The notes: a model not told the origin generated them from the letters alone. DNA of 54,452 nt from Phoronis australis (GCA_002633005.1 NMRA01000895.1:53490-107941), one strand, 5' to 3'. Positions 1-14,014 are shown, counted from the stretch's first letter. Made by a program: numbers and translations.

Positions 1-639
1 ACCCGACATTCGAACGAGATGTCAGAGGCAAATACACTGTCGCTAAACGACGTTCCTGGTGAAATCGACGAGTCTTTTTGCACTGTTTGAAAACGAGTTG
101 ACAGAGACAAGAGGCGATGCTTTTCAACAGTGAGTCGTACGTTCATGATATGGGAAATTGTAAAGGTTACGATGAAAAAATAGGTGCTCGAGGAGCCAGC
201 GAAAATCCGAAGAACCCCTTGGCCTCGGGGACACCTTCACCTGACAAATGACCAGGCCACTGATACGATATGTTCATGTAAAGCTGGGTATGTACATTAA
301 AGTCGAATTATGTGTACGATTCCATAGATTTCATGATCTTTCGATTAAAATCAGTGAAGATTCACCGATATTTTTATTCTGTGGTCTGCTAAATTTCGCA
401 AAATGAAAAGTAGTTCACAACTGGTGGGACACCTGGAGTAAAGTAGGTCATAGATTACAGACAACATATGCACTATAGTCTCTGACTAGATCGACTCGAT
501 AGGTTTTCTAAACTTGTGACCAAATATTTTGATAAAAAATTCAGGTTCATAGCTCAGGTACACACTCATCTCGTCCTGGGCAAAAAGTTTGCTCCGGTAG
601 GTCTAGGGCTGTGTCTAAGTAAAATTAATGTCTGGAATT

Positions 640-979
640 CAGTGGCGGATCTAGGATCCACAAGGGGGGCCCAACGTATGTTGCATAGTGGAATTGGGCA
701 AAGTGCGTTTGTATGTGCACAGGCGGCCCGAAAGTTGCAAGGGCCAGGGATGTAGACCGTTGAACCTTCTGTTCAGAAAATCTATCGGTGGACTAAAAAA
801 AAAACAAGAACACGATTCCGTCGCGATGTGCGGTCTGAGCCCGCCCCCCCCTCTTCCGCTTCCTGTCCTAGTTACTGAACTCAATATTTCTTCACGCTTT
901 TGCCATTTTATTTTGCCTGCGGCCGCCAAGGACGGGGGGAGGCTGGGGCGCCTGCCCTCCCCCCCTTACTCCGCCTATG
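640..979. mobile_element. Non-autonomous DNA element (MITE-like) with GC-rich termini
   Basis: Imperfect terminal inverted repeats: CAGTGGCGGA at the left, reverse-complement CATAGGCGGA at the right. GAATT lies on both sides (635-639, 980-984), a candidate 5-bp target-site duplication. G/C runs inside. Confidence 0.6.
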
Positions 980-1532
980 GAATTGTCCGTTTGCACCATC
1001 AAGACATTTAATTTAGGCCTACCTTCTTATGAACTTGGCATTTGTGTAGTTTCGTTCAATGAAGGTAGATTTCATTTAATTTTGAAGGTACCATGATCAC
1101 TAAGTCGTGGTATGGTTACAAAAGATTACAAGTCTGGTGTGGTAGTTGCAAAAATAGGGTATTTACAAAAATTTTTTAAAGCTTCATAAATCTAAATATA
1201 ATGTTTGAACAACACCAAAATGAGCTATCTCTCTAACTCTGCAAACATAGTGTATATTAGAGGTACACGTCAAAAAGTAATTCAACAGTTTCATTTTAGT
1301 GAGAACAGCTCGACCAAGGCTTTGAGTTCTGGCAGTAATCCAGTGCAATTCCCTGTGCGATCGAATCTCTGAATTTTGACCGGGAGAGAAGTTCAGTTGA
1401 ACGCCAGCTTAAGGTTTATGAATAACAAAAAATGTACCTCTGATACGAAACAAAATACTGTCCAATAGGTTGAAATAAATAAAAAAAAACATAAAATAAA
1501 ATAAAAATGTCCTTGAAAACAACAATTTCCAG

Positions 1533-2457
1533 GGCCTACCGCTAGAGTGCTGAGATCCAGCATGTGCCGAGACAAAGGCGGCCAGACCTAGCCAACCCGG
1601 GAGTCAAAATCTGAGATAGCCCTGCACCATAGCCACCAAGCTGAAAACTGCGTATCATGGAACTAATATATTTGTGTTTATTATAGCCTTCGAGTTATCA
1701 AGCAACATCGCTAAGTTCAGCTGCTCGTGTCGCCGTACTATTTAAACCATAGTTTATGCTTTTCACCATCATTTTTCGGTTCAGGACATGCCAAAAAATG
1801 ACGGGTTATTATTTTGGAGCAGCATAACGGCTGTCGGTGCTACACACATCATATCAACACCGTTTCCCCATTCTTAGCGGACAATTTCTTGAGCTATAGA
1901 CTAAAGAAAGTTTTACTCCACTGCTTGTGGTTTGTCGGGTATAATGGCGGCTTGGAAACGCAGACGAATGTGTGCAAAGAATACTGCGTTCTGATTGGTC
2001 AATTAAGCCGTCCGTCATACTCTTGGCGATAGGTCGCTCAGAACATTGATTTTATGATGTTTTACATTGGATGACTGCCCAGCACACTGACTAATTTTAA
2101 GTCGTCAACAATTCTTAAGTCCTTTTTTCATAGGCTGATCGGGCAAAATATCTTTGAGCAATTTCACCCATCTGCTATAGGGCTGAAGGAAATGTATGAC
2201 GTGCTTCAGCGATTCATGTCAGTGTGAAAACTTTCGTGTGCACGCAACTTCCAAGCCGAAAATCAAAATGAAACATCGACAGTCTGAAATAAAGAGGTGT
2301 ACCGACTTGGCTCCATGAAGGGTCTAAGTGGCCCATACACACCACGTACTTAGCTACTCGAATGGACATATTACTGCACGCTGCAGCTTTCAGTGTTGAA
2401 GTCTCAGTTGTGGAGCTCCTAATGGAACTGGTTGCTGATGCCACAGTAGTGAATAGA
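1533..2457 (+). pseudogene. Decayed ankyrin-repeat gene fragments
   Basis: Manual translation gives three ankyrin-like pieces: SEIALH(frameshift)IATKL (~1610-1650), TKESFTPLLVVCR (1900-1938, followed by GT) and ILLHAAAFSVEVSVVELLMELVADATVVNR (2368-2457, followed by GT). They resemble the consensus G-x-TPLHxA-xxGxxxVVxLLxxxGAD. In-frame stops and frameshifts are present. Confidence 0.5.
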
Positions 2458-4893
2458 GTAAAATAAGAAATTGTGTTGAATTGCGCTAGTTGAACTGGTA
2501 GATGTTTATCTCAAAAGTAACATAAACACCTAACATTGCAATACATTTCAGCTCAAATGCAGATAACGTTCAGGTTAGTATAAAGTTCCAGGACATATTA
2601 CATGTACATTAGACAACTGACTACGGAAATTACACCTGGAAATTATGGGGACACGGTTACAAATAAATAAAATGTATCACATGTTTTCCCGAATTTTGTA
2701 AGACCTGCCTGTATTGTTGAAAACTAGCGGAATAATCGAGGTGCTTTCGCAATGGAGCAGAAGGTGCTCTGGCCCGTCGTCCCATCGACAAAAAAGCGCT
2801 TCTTCAGGACAATTAAAAATCAGTCAAACGCTCGAAAACACAGGAAGATCTTCTGGAGACGTTTTTTAATACTTACTGGAGATTTTAGTATGGAATGTAT
2901 TTTTGACGATCTGAAAACCCAAATCAGTGGCCGCATATGGCCTACCGCCCGTTTAAAATACACGTTCAGAAACTTTTCCAGACATGAGGGGTTGCGATAA
3001 CATCTGGCTCCTTTGTCAACTGCCCATCAAACTGTTTTGTCCGGTATGACAGCAAGCAGGCCAATTATCTCCCACGCTTCAAAAGGTTACTGAAACATGG
3101 CAGAATGGATTGTCTTAACTTCTGTTGAAGTTGGGCGATTTTGGTGATTCAATGCCTAACTACGATCAGCATTTGGCAAGGAATTCCGAAATGCTATTGC
3201 TTTGTGTTCAAGTATGTTTTAACTTTACTTTCATTTTTAGCAGCACAGCTGAGTCAGCCTAAATACGATTTGATCGGGGATTGGAGCAATTATCGAACAA
3301 AAGAGAGCGAGCCCTCCAACCCTAGATGCCAGAACGTAGTTACATATAATCAGTCGTGTAATTTATTGGCTACAGGGGTGATCTTCCCAACTTGCTGTTT
3401 GGCTATACAATCGAATAAGTAGGGAGCAACGGGAAAACCGCGTAATGTACATGGAATGAAATGTGTACAGAAAGCGATGGGAATTATTGTAGCCCCTACC
3501 CGGCCAACCGAGGGGCTACATGTTGCCTACACTCTTTCTGGCTGAGATCCTACAAAGAATGTAAAAAGTTTCAATTGAAAGAGTTTTAATCAAAACTGAT
3601 TGTTCTACAATATTATTACTTGTCTGCAACAATTTACGAACGAGCTGCATGGCGTGTCAGAAAGTTTAGTATTACCATAGACAAGTATCTATATGGTGCC
3701 AAAGGCTGATAGACAACCTGCAGTTTAGCAAAGCGAGCATCAAAAAAATAAATACTCGAAACTATACAGTCATACCAGTTGTGATTATCTATCTAAGCCG
3801 TTGGAGATAAAAATACAACAGGTAATCCAGACAATAAGCTCATAATGAAATAGAAAAGTGTGTTGAAGTCCCACCGTATACAGTTTGTGTCATTTGATGT
3901 AATCATTCGGCGCGAAGTGATTTCGGCACACGGGACTTGCCTCCCTGGCTCCCATTTATGGCTTCGAACAGAGAAAATCCACTGCTTTCGCACTTTTGAA
4001 TCACAAGGAAACTTGTAACCACCTGGCGTGCTACAGTAAGGTGCATAGAAACATCCTGTGGGGATTTCATTTAACTTGCAATCACAAGAAATCCTACTCT
4101 ATCGTCTGCAGTGGCAAGATCATCAGTTCACGTGGTTACTTTATCATTCTTGTGCCACCATATCGAAGTTTTGGAACTACCGTGAGTTTTTCGAGTCGCT
4201 CATTGGTTGTCGTCCAGGCAGTCTTTGGACGTGTGTCTACTTCATCAATTGTTTGTTTCTTCTATTCAGGCAAGTCAGGGATCTATCTCATAGCTCATTA
4301 ATCAAATGCAATGATTGTTTTGTAAAGTAGGTGTTATATGGTTCGCGCAATGCTAAATATGAAGGAGTAGCAATTAACCAACAGTCTATTCTTGGACCCT
4401 CGGGTCGGGCTTACGTGACATTTACATGTAGCTCATTGGCTAGCGTTACCGTTAAGTAGGTCAACTTGGTCAAGCAGCGCTTGAGAGTTAAAGGAGCCTG
4501 CCACCAAAAAACAACCTAATTTGTATCAATTTAGATTGAGTAGTTCTACTACATAACAACACGTAGGGTTGCGTTACCTGACACCTGACGGCAAACGGAG
4601 GTCTTGAAATTATCCAATGACGATGTGGATATAGACCGATTAAGACGACAAAAAGACTATTTAAATCGGGTGGCATTCTCCTTTATTGTAAACATCGATT
4701 TCTTCGAAAAACCTTCGTACAGACAAAATTATTGGTGGTATGAATTTTCCGAGAATAAGTGTTTAGAGAAGACCGGGAAAAAAGGTAGTCGATGGTTTGC
4801 CTGAGAAAATTAGGTCTATAATGCAGCACTGGCTGCTTCATATTTATGTTTCTGGTAAGTTTTCTGGGTCCAACTCGTTCATAGGGCCTTTAA

Positions 4894-7800
4894 GAGTGAC
4901 TCCATATAAAAACCAACAGGTAGAGTCTATACCCAAAATCACCGATTTTTTTGAAACTTAGCACATGAGTTCGGTTTGTTGAGATGTAGAAAATTTCATT
5001 TTTTTAAGAATTTGCATTCATTTTTCTTTTTATGACGTGTACCGCCATTTTGCAACAAAATTGGGCGTCAAAGTAGGCATGTTTGAATGCATTTTACTAG
5101 CATGTGTGGTAAGGTCAAAACAAATGAGAAATATGAATTGAAAGAGCAATGGCTGAATAATTTAATAGCAAAACTTTCAAAATCCATTTTTAAATTTGTA
5201 AGTTTTGAATTTGTGAGGCAAAAACTGCTATTTTTCAGGTTTTCACTGAAGCCATTTTCGGCCAATTTTGGCACTCTGTAGCAGCCATAACGCACCTTTC
5301 ATGAAATTGACTTTATAATAATTTGTTCAGTCATTTCTGACCTGTTCATAATCTAAAATAAAAAATCTTGCCTCCAGTGTAGTTTTTGAGTGCGAAGCAT
5401 TACACGAACTGACTTCGTCCTATTGCATGTTCTCAGTTGCCTCTGCTGCCAATAGGGGGCTCTTGGAACATATAATTAGCTTGCGAAACACGACATAAAG
5501 ACTTTATATTTTGGAGAAAAGACAGACAGCACTATTAAATACCATTCTCTGAAAACGGCATTGATGATTATTGCTTAATACAAAAATGTGTACGTAAATC
5601 AACTGGCATGCGTGCTTCTAAATGATAGATGGCGCTGCTTTTGTTTACGTGCAGACTGAAGACGCAACTAGAATAAGAGCAGTAACGCGAGGACCTTGCT
5701 ATAATTCAAGACTTCGCGATATATTGCCCTGCATTTTAAATGAGAACACGTGGTTTTGGATAAATTTTAGAGAGGTTCTAGTGATATTGAACTCACCCCT
5801 GCCTTGTTTTCTATCTGCCTTGTTCGTGTCACAGGCAAAGGAAGGCACCCAAGGTGGATATGGCCCCCTAGTGTTCAGTGAAAAAAATCTTTCAACTTGT
5901 CAATAGTCATTGTAACTTTGGGTTCATATTGCAATGTCCCTACTGGTTGCTACAAATTTTAGTCGCCACCAGTCGCCAGAAATCTGGTGTCCCCCTTCCC
6001 CCCACACACACACCGGGCACCCTAACGGGTGAATATTTCTGCCAGTGTGATCATCACTGGTATAAAAAGGTACACATTCACAGTCAATAGAAAACAATTC
6101 ACGAGAGACAATTTTATTAATGACTCATTCATGACAGACATGATGTAAACAGAAGTAACGGTCTCGATTTCATATATCACAAATATTTGACTGCTATGCT
6201 ATGACTAGGCTAAACGTTGAGCTCATTTACCACTTCACTCAGCAAATCTGACGACATAACAGCATCTTCAGCAGAAATAGCATCGTCATAAACATTACTG
6301 CAGACAACCTCGAAAAAATCCACCAATCTGCGATTCACTTAACATCACAGGTAAACGCTTTCCCAAAGGGTTCTCGTAATGTTTTCTCCATTTTGGCACT
6401 TCCGAGGGTAAACGTTTTACCTGACGTATCTCCTTAATCGAATATGTTCGTCAGAAAGTTCTTAACCTTTGCTGAAAATCTTGTTGACCTTTTACCTTTT
6501 TTCAATGCCTAACCTACATGTATTGCTTCAGCATTCCTCTCATCCTAATAGTACTCTGAGGCTGCCTCAAATGACGCTCCGGCTCTTGCATCTGAAAGCA
6601 TTTCTGACCACTGTCGTGCGATGTGGTCATACCTGGTTTCCTTCTGTAAATGTTCAGTGTGTTAACCCACATCCAAATGCCGACCTAGTTCTGCGTCTGT
6701 AGCAAAGAAAAATTCGAGTAACCTTGCTGGGTACAAGGAAACTTTTGTTGAGGCTCTTCACTAGATACAATGCCCACCTTAAGTCTTGGTGTTGAAAATC
6801 CGCCATGTATAGAGATGAGAGAGAAATAAGTTTCCCATTTTCTCAGTATTTGTAAGAACTTACCATCACCTTCATGGAATGATTTGCACACGCGAATTCC
6901 TTGGGTGGAAAAGTGGGAATTTGGGAATGTGCGGAACTGACTTTGTTGCATTGACTGAACATGCATACACATAACATCCCTTCACACGGACACTGGAAAG
7001 TACAGTAATGCTTCTTTCAAATCCAGAAAGTTTATTGTTAGCTTCGGCTACAAAGTACTTTGCATGTTGTTTGAGTGGAGCGATCTTGCGACCACAGAGA
7101 TCCTTTCCATTCTGACTTTCACTAAAGTCATATCTCGAAACAGAAATGCCGGTAGAATTTGACAAGGCTGCTACGTTCAGGAGGAGAGGAGCAGAGTGGT
7201 AACAGCCAGCATTACCTGACTCTTCCATGACTGGTCCTGTTCAGTCAGAAAGTCACCGACTCTGCGTAGTACGAGTCCGTACACTGGCACAGGCCTTGCT
7301 TTGTAAGGTAGTTTCCTGTTTCTCAAATGTTCAGTGGTGTCTTTGACATAACTCACTAAAGCACAAAGCTTTTGTGATTTTTGCAGAATAAACTCTAAAG
7401 GAACATGAAGGCCCGTCGACATCGTCCGCCATTTTGTCTTTTTAAAATACACTTGCTTCCCACAAAACCAGTCATTACAAATATCAATTCTAACTCGTTT
7501 AATCTTAAAGGCATTTATTTCCATTAAAAAGTTCTACAGAGTACAAGAGGGTTACACGTACATTTTTATATGTCCTCAAGCTTAACCTCAACTGACTCCT
7601 TCAGTGGGTAAAGGTCATCAGGTTCAGTTTTGATACTTGTCGCGTAATAAACCCGGAAAACATCTTGTTTTCATTTGAAAGAGTTTAGACTTGGTTTCTA
7701 TAACTATTTAAAGCAGACTTCTTGCCTAAAAGTTTGTTCAAATCGGGTATGTAAACTCTGCTCGTCATTTCCAAACTATGAAAATAGACAGTTTTGCAAG

Positions 7801-8320
7801 ACAATTTTCACTAAAGTGCAAAGTTTAGGCAATATTTGTTATTGTTTAGTCATCAAGGCTAACTCTTTAACTGTACGTTCAAAACGTCACATAAGGCTAC
7901 AAGGTGTTTTATGGCAGTAAGAAGGTCACAAAAATGGCCACTAAAATTAGCCCCAACAAGTGGTCCGTGGATTATCTTCCCTGTCTAGCACAAAACTGTT
8001 AGATTTTAATAATTGGCACAGAATTTTGCACAGTATACGTTGGTTATTTCAGCCACCAAAATATAGCTTTTGATCTATTTTGTATGTTATTCATTTTTGT
8101 TGCTGAAAACATTCGATTTTTTGAGACCGCTAATATGCCCAATTGTGTCAATTTGTGTTATCATGCTCCAGAGGCGAAATTAGGGGTCATTGAGTGAACA
8201 AAATTTGGCATTTGGGTTTTTGTTAGGATACCTACCCATGTACAAAAAAATGAAGTTGTTTTAAATTTTGACGTATAGACTGATTTTTGAAAATCTACTG
8301 GTTTTTATATGGACTGTCTT
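4894..8320 (-). mobile_element. Degenerate TTAA-flanked DNA transposon (Sola3-like, inferred)
   Basis: TTAA at 4890-4893 and 8321-8324, and the left end begins GAG. The two ends share inverted TCCATATAAAAACCA and GTCTATAC..CAAAAT. They enclose a broken transposase. Confidence 0.55.
6300..7400 (-). pseudogene. Disrupted DDE-type transposase with downstream C2H2-like finger
   Basis: ESGNAGCYHS...RYDFSESQNGKDLCGRKIAPLKQH (6872-7228 ORF) fits the SDNAxCYH...GKxxCDR motif with the acidic residues mutated. It continues FPCTQQG..FATDAELGRHLDVG*H and VG*ALKK..RFSAKVKNFLTNIFD*GDTSGK, with stops and frameshifts. Confidence 0.7.
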
Positions 8321-9316
8321 TTAACCCTTCACATATTCCACCTGTTCAGCGACACAAGTTACGGTAAAGGAGAAAATGGTTGATCACGAGGCCAATAATT
8401 ACAAAAATCCCTTTCACCGAACAAAAAAATCACCTTTTTGCCTTAAAGAATATTCAATTCCAAGTTCATGCAACACTCACTTACGCTTAATCTTGAGATT
8501 AAGCAGGATTCGAAGTTCACGCACAGCACAGCCACATGGCAAGCATTGAAACCTGGGGCTACATCAGTCTTCCTTTTGTGAATTTAGGTCAGAGGATACG
8601 GATGTGTCCCTCTATGATTTTTTGTGTCACTGATTACAAAAGGGAATTTCTGGTTTCCAAGTAGGTTGGATACCTTTTTGGTAGCCAAATTCTGACCTCT
8701 TGGTGGCACACTTTCACTAGAGTACAGAACCACACCTCCCTTCTGATGAAATTAACCCAAACAAAAGGAGGTTTTGGGGAAATTTTTTGTCAAAAGGTGT
8801 CGGTTTTTCAATGAGTTTCTTACAGATGGGCCACTTTGCCGGTGCTGCAATATAGAGTCCACTCTCTAAATGGTTGTGCATCATAATTTTCCAAATCAGA
8901 CGTACCTTCCCGACTTCCCGTAGTAGTCTTTAGACTCGTAGTTGATTAGACGAATAAAAACTTTGGTCATTGAAGATAGACTCTCTCGTCATTAGTGCCA
9001 ATGGTGCACAGCCTCACAGACTTCATACGAGCAAATAACCTGATGGAAAAGATTTCTTGGTTAGATGTCACTATTCCGATCGAAGGTTTGCCTACTCCGA
9101 AGGTCCACAACTCTTCAAAAGCTCACTGCTCACTATTTCAAATGTTCGCAATTCCAAAATCATGAAGAACTCCGACAGTTATTTCTTTCTTAAGTATAAG
9201 CACAGTCCGAAGAGTCCAGGTCCTAATTCACACCCTTGCACACATTCACTAGTAAGACCAAGATCAGAGGGATAGGAGACACCTTTGTGCAGTGCTCGTT
9301 TGATACCGTCAGTGAA

Positions 9317-9376
9317 TCCAGGGTTCCAACCCGGGTGACCCAAACAGGAGTCCCGTCCTCAAACCACTGAGCCACG
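9317..9376 (-). mobile_element. tRNA-derived SINE head (Pol III A/B boxes)
   Basis: Minus strand reads GTGGCTCAGTGG (A-box-like) ... GGGTTGGAACCC (B-box-like) at tRNA-like spacing. No intact cloverleaf. Confidence 0.45.
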
Positions 9377-10848
9377 CAGTTGATTATTCTGATTGTCTGC
9401 TAATGAGTCGTAACAGGCAGAATAATTATTTGATTAGTGTCCAATTAGTAACCTTTGGAACAGTTTACAAAAGTTGAGTAGTTTTTACGACATCGATTAC
9501 ATTGTTTACAAATGAGCTCAGTAGCAATCACTGCCAATCGTGATTCTTGAATGTAACTAACGATTCATTCTCAACCATTGACAACATCTGGGACACGGGT
9601 CAGGGCTGCGGCGACCAAAGGTTTTAAATTTAAGAAGTCTGGAGGATCTTTTTGACTTCGCGAAGACTGGCAGCGTCAGGATAGCCTGCTAACTACATTA
9701 CAACCCGCCCGTGTGCGTGGTTCCGGAGGTTGAGGCGCAGCGGGCCGAAACTTTTCAGTCGCGCTGTGAAATGGTGCGATTTTGACACGGATTTGATGAA
9801 TGTACTGTGGTTGATAATTCATCAATATTCTCACTACGTACAATATTTTAAAATGCAATAACTTTTCCACTTCCGCGTTCGTGAGACATGCGGGCAATTT
9901 CGCATGCCCATTGAATCCAAAACAAAACAGTTTAGTACCCAGTCGCTGTTTTCGGCCGCACAACATTCAGTGTAACTAATAAAGCAGTATCATTCATTTT
10001 GCCTACATAAAAGTGTAAACATTGCACATTAATTGAAAAAGTTATATCTTTTTATAACAGTGAACTTTCGGACCTGCGAGCCGAATGGTGATTTGTGGGG
10101 TGTTCCCATTTCCAACGTCACGTGAGGAACTTAAGTAACATGCAAAAATATAACTAGATACAACATTTCGTCAAGTTATTCTTCGACTAAATTATTCTGT
10201 CAAAGAAACTCTAGTCACTCATTTAAGCATATGCGATTTGAAAATTTGGCAAGAAGTAACGCGAGAACGTTTTGGACCACATTAAGCCTACATGCATGTC
10301 CGAATTTAGTCCCGTTCTTTCCGAGCAGCCGTCACGTCGTCCTCATTTCTGGCATTACTAATTCCGTCTGATCTCAAAAAAATACAAGTCATTGCTGTGT
10401 ACATAAATTTCTTTACCGTGATTAAGCTGCGTCAAGTAAGGGCCTTAATGAAAACTCCACAGTGTTGCTGTTTGCAAAATATCAAAGGTCCACCGTTCAC
10501 GAAATTCGAACCACCCCCTGCGCAATGCTGACTATGGACCAAACATGGAAAACGAAAGTTTCGTTCAAGGAGCAAGTATAAAGTACCTCACACTTGTGCG
10601 GGGTTTATATTGTCATTTTTCTGTGTCGATGACAGGTTGTTGCTAAAAGTATTGCTGATTTAAAATTAGCGCTAACCTATTAATATGCGGGTGAATACTG
10701 CTGTCATCTCTGTCTGGACGTCCACTGTCGACGGTTGTATCGCCCAAACAGCCATTGAAGGATAATAATGGAATTTGGTAGATGTGTTCCTATGAAGTTG
10801 AAGACAGACGACGACGACGAGTTTCGAACCAATTCAACTACTATAGGT

Positions 10849-10862
10849 CTGCCACCTAGTGG
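10849..10862 (-). promoter_or_regulatory. CTCF-consensus-like motif
   Basis: Minus strand CCACTAGGTGGCAG matches the bilaterian CTCF core. Sequence match only; binding is not shown. Confidence 0.25.
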
Positions 10863-13180
10863 CAATTTTAATTTTTCACACTTGCCGCTGTATCAGTTGG
10901 AGATCCTTGATGGATTTTCATGTAATTTTGGAAATGCGCTGTTTTGAAGAGACCATGACGCCATCCCGTTTGCGGCCGACGGATTTGACGTATTCTGCGC
11001 CAGATGGTGGGATTTCATAAAAATTGAAAACGTTTTCGACATCCGCCTTCCTTACTTCCAAACTGCTCAAAGAAGCTTGATGACTTTTGCCGATGCCTTC
11101 CTGATGAGAAGAAGACCACCCCTACCACGGGTTCGAGTATTTGGTGACCTCTATGGCATTTTTCGTTTTTTGCTATTCGAAGCCTTGTAGAGACTATTTG
11201 GATCTTTTCCAAGGCTGCAAGCTTTATAAGTGGACGAAAGTGCAACAGTTACAGGTACCCTCGTCACGAAATATCTTCAATTAACGGATGAAAGATAGTT
11301 TCGATGACGAGTTGTACAATTTTGTGAAGGGCTGGAAACTCAGTAGGTCATCTTGACAACCTACAGTGTAGCTATGGAAGTCCCAATCCGCTGGAAAAAC
11401 GAAAGTGTTCACATGGAGCATACATCTGCCTGGTGATAATTAAAAATTATTTTTTGTTTATGAAAACTGTTAGCTTCCTCTTTGAATATGTCTCATTGAG
11501 TTTCCGAAACGCAATTATTTGTTTCGATTGGACAAGATATGAAACAAAAAAGAGCCTTTCCATACATTGTCGTTTATTCAGCTTCACACAATTTTATGAA
11601 GCCCTAAGCTATATGGTGCATTGGGACACCTACCATGTAAACTTTAGCTTGTCCTTTTATGTTGTTTCATGACATCCGATAATCGCTGTGTTGCGCTGAA
11701 CATTAACTTCAACATTTGTCGCGATTATTGAGAATGAATGTAGAGTTGAATTTTTGAGGAAGGAATTTTTAACGATACTTTCAAACTGAAATCTGAAATT
11801 GTACATGTATTCAAGACACTGTGAATATAGAAATTTCAATTTGTCTCTTCACTTTCTTTGACTGTTGGCTGTTACGTTAAGTACTTAGTCTCAAAATGGC
11901 CTTGTGCGCTCGCGTTCGTTGTGTGGGTGAATGCGTCAAGGACGTCCCTCCGTTTACTCTCATATAATCGACGTCATAACATTTAGGAAAATGGGATCAT
12001 ACATGTGTTGACAAGAATAATATCAAAACCATCAAAAACTCAAGAACACGCTCCACAATTTATATTGGTGTTGGTCGGAGAACTCTAAAACCTAGGAAAT
12101 GAAAACCACAATTATAAGACCGGCGAATTAGAGCACTTAGCATAGAAGAACGATATACCAACATCTGACCATAGGAGCACTTAGAGTCCACCTCAGTATA
12201 TACGGAAATAGAGGTCTTCCGTTGTCTGCACTCTGGGTACGACTCCTGGAGTCAAAAATGAGCTAGCTTAGTTATTCGAGAGTGAACACCGAATGACCTA
12301 TGACAGACAGATTGCACACTGGAATGAGTCCGGCAGAAACCAAAAAGGATCCCCAAAAGTCCTTTACGTGGACTACTAAACAATGCTTTTATAGAAAAGC
12401 AACAGACGTGTTATTAAAATTATTCTTTAATCAAAATAATTGCTATACAATCATCACAACGCTTTCAAATAGCCACCCGACAATTAGGCACTGATCATTG
12501 CATTGTCATATGAGTTGGTAAGTGGAAGGTACATGTAAGAAGTGTGTTGACCTCTTCATGGCAACCTTGAGAATCCGGTGGATGATCAGATGCCACAGTA
12601 CTACTGTAAGAAAGGTGAATGCAGTTTGTCGCCATGTCAGACAACAACTGTTATCTTCCCAAGAAAAGGTCCATATAAGTCCTTCTGCCAGGAAGGTTGC
12701 CAAAATATCCTTAAAATGTCCCGTTCTTTATATGAGGAGTCTTTCAGAAGACACGTTTCGGTGTTAACATCGTGTTAAGTAGTTTTACGGAAAGATGTTA
12801 CGTTTATCCTAAGTGAAAAGTTTAGGCCCTATAAAGACGTGTGTTTTAGTAACTTTGTTATTCTGTGGTATTTACCTACACCAACTGTTTTTTCTGTAGT
12901 ATTTCACTTCAATCGTGAACTAAAATTTAAAAACAATAAAAGTTTACCTTGTAAAATAGTCCTATCCAGTACTTTGTGTTGTTGTCGGCGAACTGTGTAT
13001 TTTCCGTTGGCAGGCTCTTTGCGGATTGTCCGCTATTTTTCCACTATTTCAACACACCATATAAATTTCTCGCTTTTTGACGCATGGCTAAACTGACATA
13101 CTATCATACGCTATTACAATATATCTTGAGACACAGCCATATTTTCCTTCTCGACTAAAATGTAAAAAACAAGCCGTTTT

Positions 13181-13423
13181 CATGAGAGCACCTGCGGGGG
13201 CATTTGAGCCCCCAACTATTTGGCGAAGTGGGTAAAAAGGTCCGCCTCAGAGAAACAAAAAGTCCGAGAAAATGTGACAAAAGTCCACTAAAAAGGTGCA
13301 GACGCACAAATCACAGCTCCGAAGGTGGTACACCGTTTTTTTAGTCCTCCCGCTTTTTTGTTAGCAAAAGGTCCACTTTGTCAGATATTTGATCCCCCTT
13401 GCTGAAGAGTGGGTGCGCGCATG
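13181..13423. mobile_element. MITE-like element
   Basis: Termini CATGAGAGCACC and GGGTGCGCGCATG are imperfect inverted repeats. Flanks are GTTTT/GTTTC, and AAAA(G)GTCC repeats internally. The terminus resembles the one at 41478. Confidence 0.5.
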
Positions 13424-13857
13424 GTTTCTATAGCTGATTATGCAACAGTAGCTGCGGTCTTAATCATCACTTAATGAGTTGTTTTCTGACAGTTTCTGGT
13501 ATCCCAAAGTTTTAGTGTTATTAGGTCTTTTCCAAAATGCTTACTGACCAAGGAGAGAGTTCAGTTTTAGCTCATACATCGAATGTTGGTACCTCGTTCG
13601 GCAATGCTACATGTAAGTGCTCTGGGCTGCCAGTCTATACATGTATCTACATGTAGCTGTCTTGTTGTCTTAGTTACGGTCTCACTTGACACTAATTTGA
13701 AATCGGATTAGGGTGATGTTTTCAACGCGATTTGGTTAGAACGTTGACCAGCGGCAGTATAAACCAAAAGTACATAGCACAGGCAAAGTGACCCAGAATT
13801 CCTCGTCATAACGGACGGCCGGAAGTTGAACTCATCATCGGCCAGAAGTCCTTCTTC

Positions 13858-14014
13858 ATTTTGACCGAGAATGACCCGGACGGGATGAGGATGAATGGAC
13901 AGAATAGATGGTAAAGTAGCTAAGCTGTTCCGTAATTATATTTTGACCGAGAATGACCCGGATGAAGGGGAATGGACAAGATTGGTAAGGTGGTTAGCGC
14001 GGTTCTGTAATTAG
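13858..14014. repeat. Diverged tandem duplication, ~80-bp unit x2
   Basis: TTTTGACCGAGAATGACCCGGA...AATGGACA...TGGTAA...GTAATTA occurs twice in tandem. Confidence 0.7.

Noticed and set aside
184-290. TNFR-like Cys motif (TDTICSCKAG)
   Set aside because: Too short, the other cysteines are absent, and the reading frame is ambiguous.
12506-12778. Cys-containing short ORFs
   Set aside because: Overlapping frames with no domain pattern or splice support.
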